A stretch of 58,998 bases of DNA from an uncultured Actinomycetes bacterium. Lineage in GTDB: Bacteria > Actinomycetota > Acidimicrobiia > IMCC26256 > PALSA-555. This document shows positions 57,062 through 58,998 of this stretch, in pieces. The stretch spans positions 1 through 58,998 of the forward strand of contig CAIUKV010000138.1 of NCBI GenBank assembly GCA_903899845.1. Reading direction: 5' to 3'. A model generated the notes under the pieces. The model was not told the DNA's origin. It worked only from the letters and a program-made list of their open reading frames with translations, and ran no database searches. A program made the translations under genes and the position numbers. The stretch's first letter is position 1; the number at the start of each line of letters is the position of its first letter.

Positions 57062-58023
57062 CGCTCGTGGCTGCGTCGGCGGTGGCGGCGGCGTGCGCCG
57101 CGATCGCCTGGATGCTGTGGTCCCGCTTCGCCGGCCCGGGGCCGGAAGCGCCGGGGCGGGGCCGGGCCTCCGATCTGCCGACCGTCCCGGTCGCCGGACC
57201 GGTTGCGGTGTCGATCGCAACGCAGATCGCCGCTCGGGTCGACGCCCGGATCGTCGCGTGGCTTCGTGAGGCAGGGGTGGACCGTGCGCCCGGGGCGGTG
57301 GCGATCGGGATCGGGGCGGTGGCGGTGGCGGTGTTCCTGCTGGTCGCCACGGCCACCCGCAGCCCGCTGGTGGCCGTCGCCCCGGCCGGTGTCGCGGTGG
57401 CGGTGCCGGTCGCGGCCCTCGGTCACCGGCGACGCCGGCGACGCCGGGCGGTGCTCGCGGCGTGGCCCGACGCGTTGCGCGAGCTCGTGGCCACGCTGGC
57501 GGCCGGCCGCTCCCTCGGCCAGGCGCTCGTCCAGCTCGGCACGACCGGTCCGGAGCCGCTGCGCGCGGTGTTCGGCGACTTCCCGGCGTGGGCCCGGGTC
57601 CTCGGGACCGTGGGAGCGCTCGAAGCGGTGCAGGCCCGCCTGGCCGACCCCACCAGCGACCGGGTGATCGAGGTCCTGCTCGTCGCCCACGAGCACGGCG
57701 GCGCGATCGTGCGGGAGATCCTCGAGGATCTCGTCGTCGCGACCACCGCGGACATCGAGGTGCTCGACGAGATCGACACCGAGGGGCTCGAGATGCGGAT
57801 CAACGGTCGGGCGGTGCTCGTCCTCCCGTGGCTCGTCCTCGTGGCGCTCACGCTGCGGCCGGGACCGTTCCGGGACTTCTACACCTCTCCGGGCGGGACG
57901 CTCGTCATCGTCGCCGCCGGGGTCTGCAGCGCCGCCGGCGCGTGGTGGCTGGGTCGGCTCGGGGCCGAACCGACCGAGCCCCGGGTGTTCGGCGGCGCAG
58001 CCGACGACCGGAGCGGTCGGTGA
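57058..58023 (+). CDS. tadB: TadB-like T2SS-F membrane protein
   Basis: WPDALRELVATLAAGRSL.QAL, HGG; TM helices; ATGA overlap. Confidence 0.82.
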   Translation: MTLVAASAVAAACAAIAWMLWSRFAGPGPEAPGRGRASDLPTVPVAGPVAVSIATQIAARVDARIVAWLREAGVDRAPGAVAIGIGAVAVAVFLLVATATRSPLVAVAPAGVAVAVPVAALGHRRRRRRRAVLAAWPDALRELVATLAAGRSLGQALVQLGTTGPEPLRAVFGDFPAWARVLGTVGALEAVQARLADPTSDRVIEVLLVAHEHGGAIVREILEDLVVATTADIEVLDEIDTEGLEMRINGRAVLVLPWLVLVALTLRPGPFRDFYTSPGGTLVIVAAGVCSAAGAWWLGRLGAEPTEPRVFGGAADDRSGR

Positions 58024-58802
58024 TGCGGGCCCGTCGCCGCGACCGGATCGGCGCCTACGCCGGAGGTGCGCCGGCGCCCGGATCGGCCTGGCGGCCCGCC
58101 CACCGCCCGGGGCCCGGCCTCTTCCGGTCCGACGACCGGCTCGAGGCCCGCCTGCGGGCGGCGGGCCGGTCCCCGGCCGACGCCGAGCGCTTCCGCGTCC
58201 GCCAGCTCGCCCAGGCCGGCGCCGGCGTCGCGGCCGGTCTCGTGACCGGCGCCGTGCTGGTGGGCTCCACACCGTTCGCCCTGCTCCTCGCCGGGGTCGG
58301 CGGGCTCCTCGGGGTCACGCGGGCGCCGGCCGCCCTGGCCCGCGAGGCCGAGGCCCGCCGGGCCCGCATGCGGCTCGAGCTCGTCACGGTCGATCAGGTG
58401 CTCGCCATCCACGTGCGCGCCGGCGCCGGCCCCGTGCAGGCGGTCACCCGAGTCGTGGCGCGCGGGCGCGGCGCCGTCGTCGACGAGCTGCGTGGGGTCC
58501 TGGCCGCCGTCCGCTCCGGACGTTCCGAGGCCGAGGCGTTCCGGCTCGCCGCGGCCACGACGGCCGAGCCCCACGCCGCGCGCACGTACCGGCTGTTCGC
58601 GCTCGCCGCCGAGCAGGGCGCCGACCTCGGGACCGCGCTGCGGGCGCTCAGCGCCGACCTCCGCGGCGTGCGCCGCGACGAGCTCCGGCGCCGGGCGACC
58701 CGTCGTCGGGCCGCGATGTTGGTCCCGACCATCGCCGTGCTCGCCCCGGTGATGTTGGGCTTCGTGATCGCCCCGCTGCCGTCGCTCGTCCTCGGCCGCT
58801 GA
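58023..58802 (+). CDS. tadC: TadC-like T2SS-F membrane protein
   Basis: RLRAAG, AGAGPVQA, EQGADLGTALR, MLVP; TGATG overlap. Confidence 0.8.
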   Translation: MRARRRDRIGAYAGGAPAPGSAWRPAHRPGPGLFRSDDRLEARLRAAGRSPADAERFRVRQLAQAGAGVAAGLVTGAVLVGSTPFALLLAGVGGLLGVTRAPAALAREAEARRARMRLELVTVDQVLAIHVRAGAGPVQAVTRVVARGRGAVVDELRGVLAAVRSGRSEAEAFRLAAATTAEPHAARTYRLFALAAEQGADLGTALRALSADLRGVRRDELRRRATRRRAAMLVPTIAVLAPVMLGFVIAPLPSLVLGR

Positions 58803-58866
58803 CCTGTCTCGCACCCGCGAGCACCCACCCCCGCCGGGTCCCGGCGGACCGAACCCTGGAGGATCC

Positions 58867-58998
58867 GTGTCCCTCGCTTCCGCACCGCCCGACTCCACCG
58901 ACTCCACCGACTCCACCGACTCCACCGACTCCACCGACTCCACCGACTCCACCGACTCCACCGACTCCACCGACTCCACCGACTCCACCGTCTCCACC
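58867..58998 (+). CDS. Start of next tad-operon gene (possibly Flp pilin) with (DST)n repeat; truncated by window end
   Basis: GGAGG SD then GTG 58867; reads VSLASAPP(DST)11VST; identity inferred only from position after tadC. Confidence 0.45.
   Translation, partial: MSLASAPPDSTDSTDSTDSTDSTDSTDSTDSTDSTDSTDSTVST
58891..58998. repeat. 9-bp tandem repeat GACTCCACC x11 plus one variant GTCTCCACC
   Basis: Read directly; runs to the window end. Confidence 0.97.

Noticed and set aside
58891-58998. CRISPR array, or (ESV)n protein on the minus strand (57879-58997)
   Set aside because: No spacers or cas genes; the minus ORF is antisense to tadC/tadB

Overview
Very GC-rich bacterial chromosomal window, most consistent with an actinobacterium (possibly Acidimicrobiia; inferred from the F420-dependent Ddn-type reductase, GAF-ANTAR pair, DUF2231-like and Mtb12-like proteins and many leaderless TANNNT promoters). 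Layout: a KDSR-like SDR and fumC; a Dpp/Opp-type ABC importer; arfB; two alpha/beta hydrolases; a Liv-type ABC importer with an unusually extended fused permease; two paralogous secreted proteins; a TetR gene followed by a ~21 kb acyl-CoA/lipid catabolic region (MaoC, SDRs, two CoA ligases, amidohydrolase, acyl-CoA dehydrogenase, GMC pair, crotonase, thiolase and an inactive HMG-CoA-synthase-DUF35 fusion); tRNA-Cys(GCA) followed by an accessory islet; then sulfotransferase/glycosyltransferase, rnd, SDRs, thioesterase, an isochorismatase-fold protein and a Tad/Flp pilus operon ending in a 9-bp tandem repeat at the window edge. The islet holds a lower-GC gene hidden by two in-frame stops, an HhH-fold protein, a structured non-coding block, an unknown gene coupled to a Mesh1-like HD hydrolase, and two GAF-ANTAR genes (one frameshifted, with a candidate ANTAR-target double hairpin over its start codon). 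The best candidates for an undescribed system are this islet and the thiolase/dead-HMGS-DUF35 module. All family calls come from motif recognition by eye; no database searches were run.
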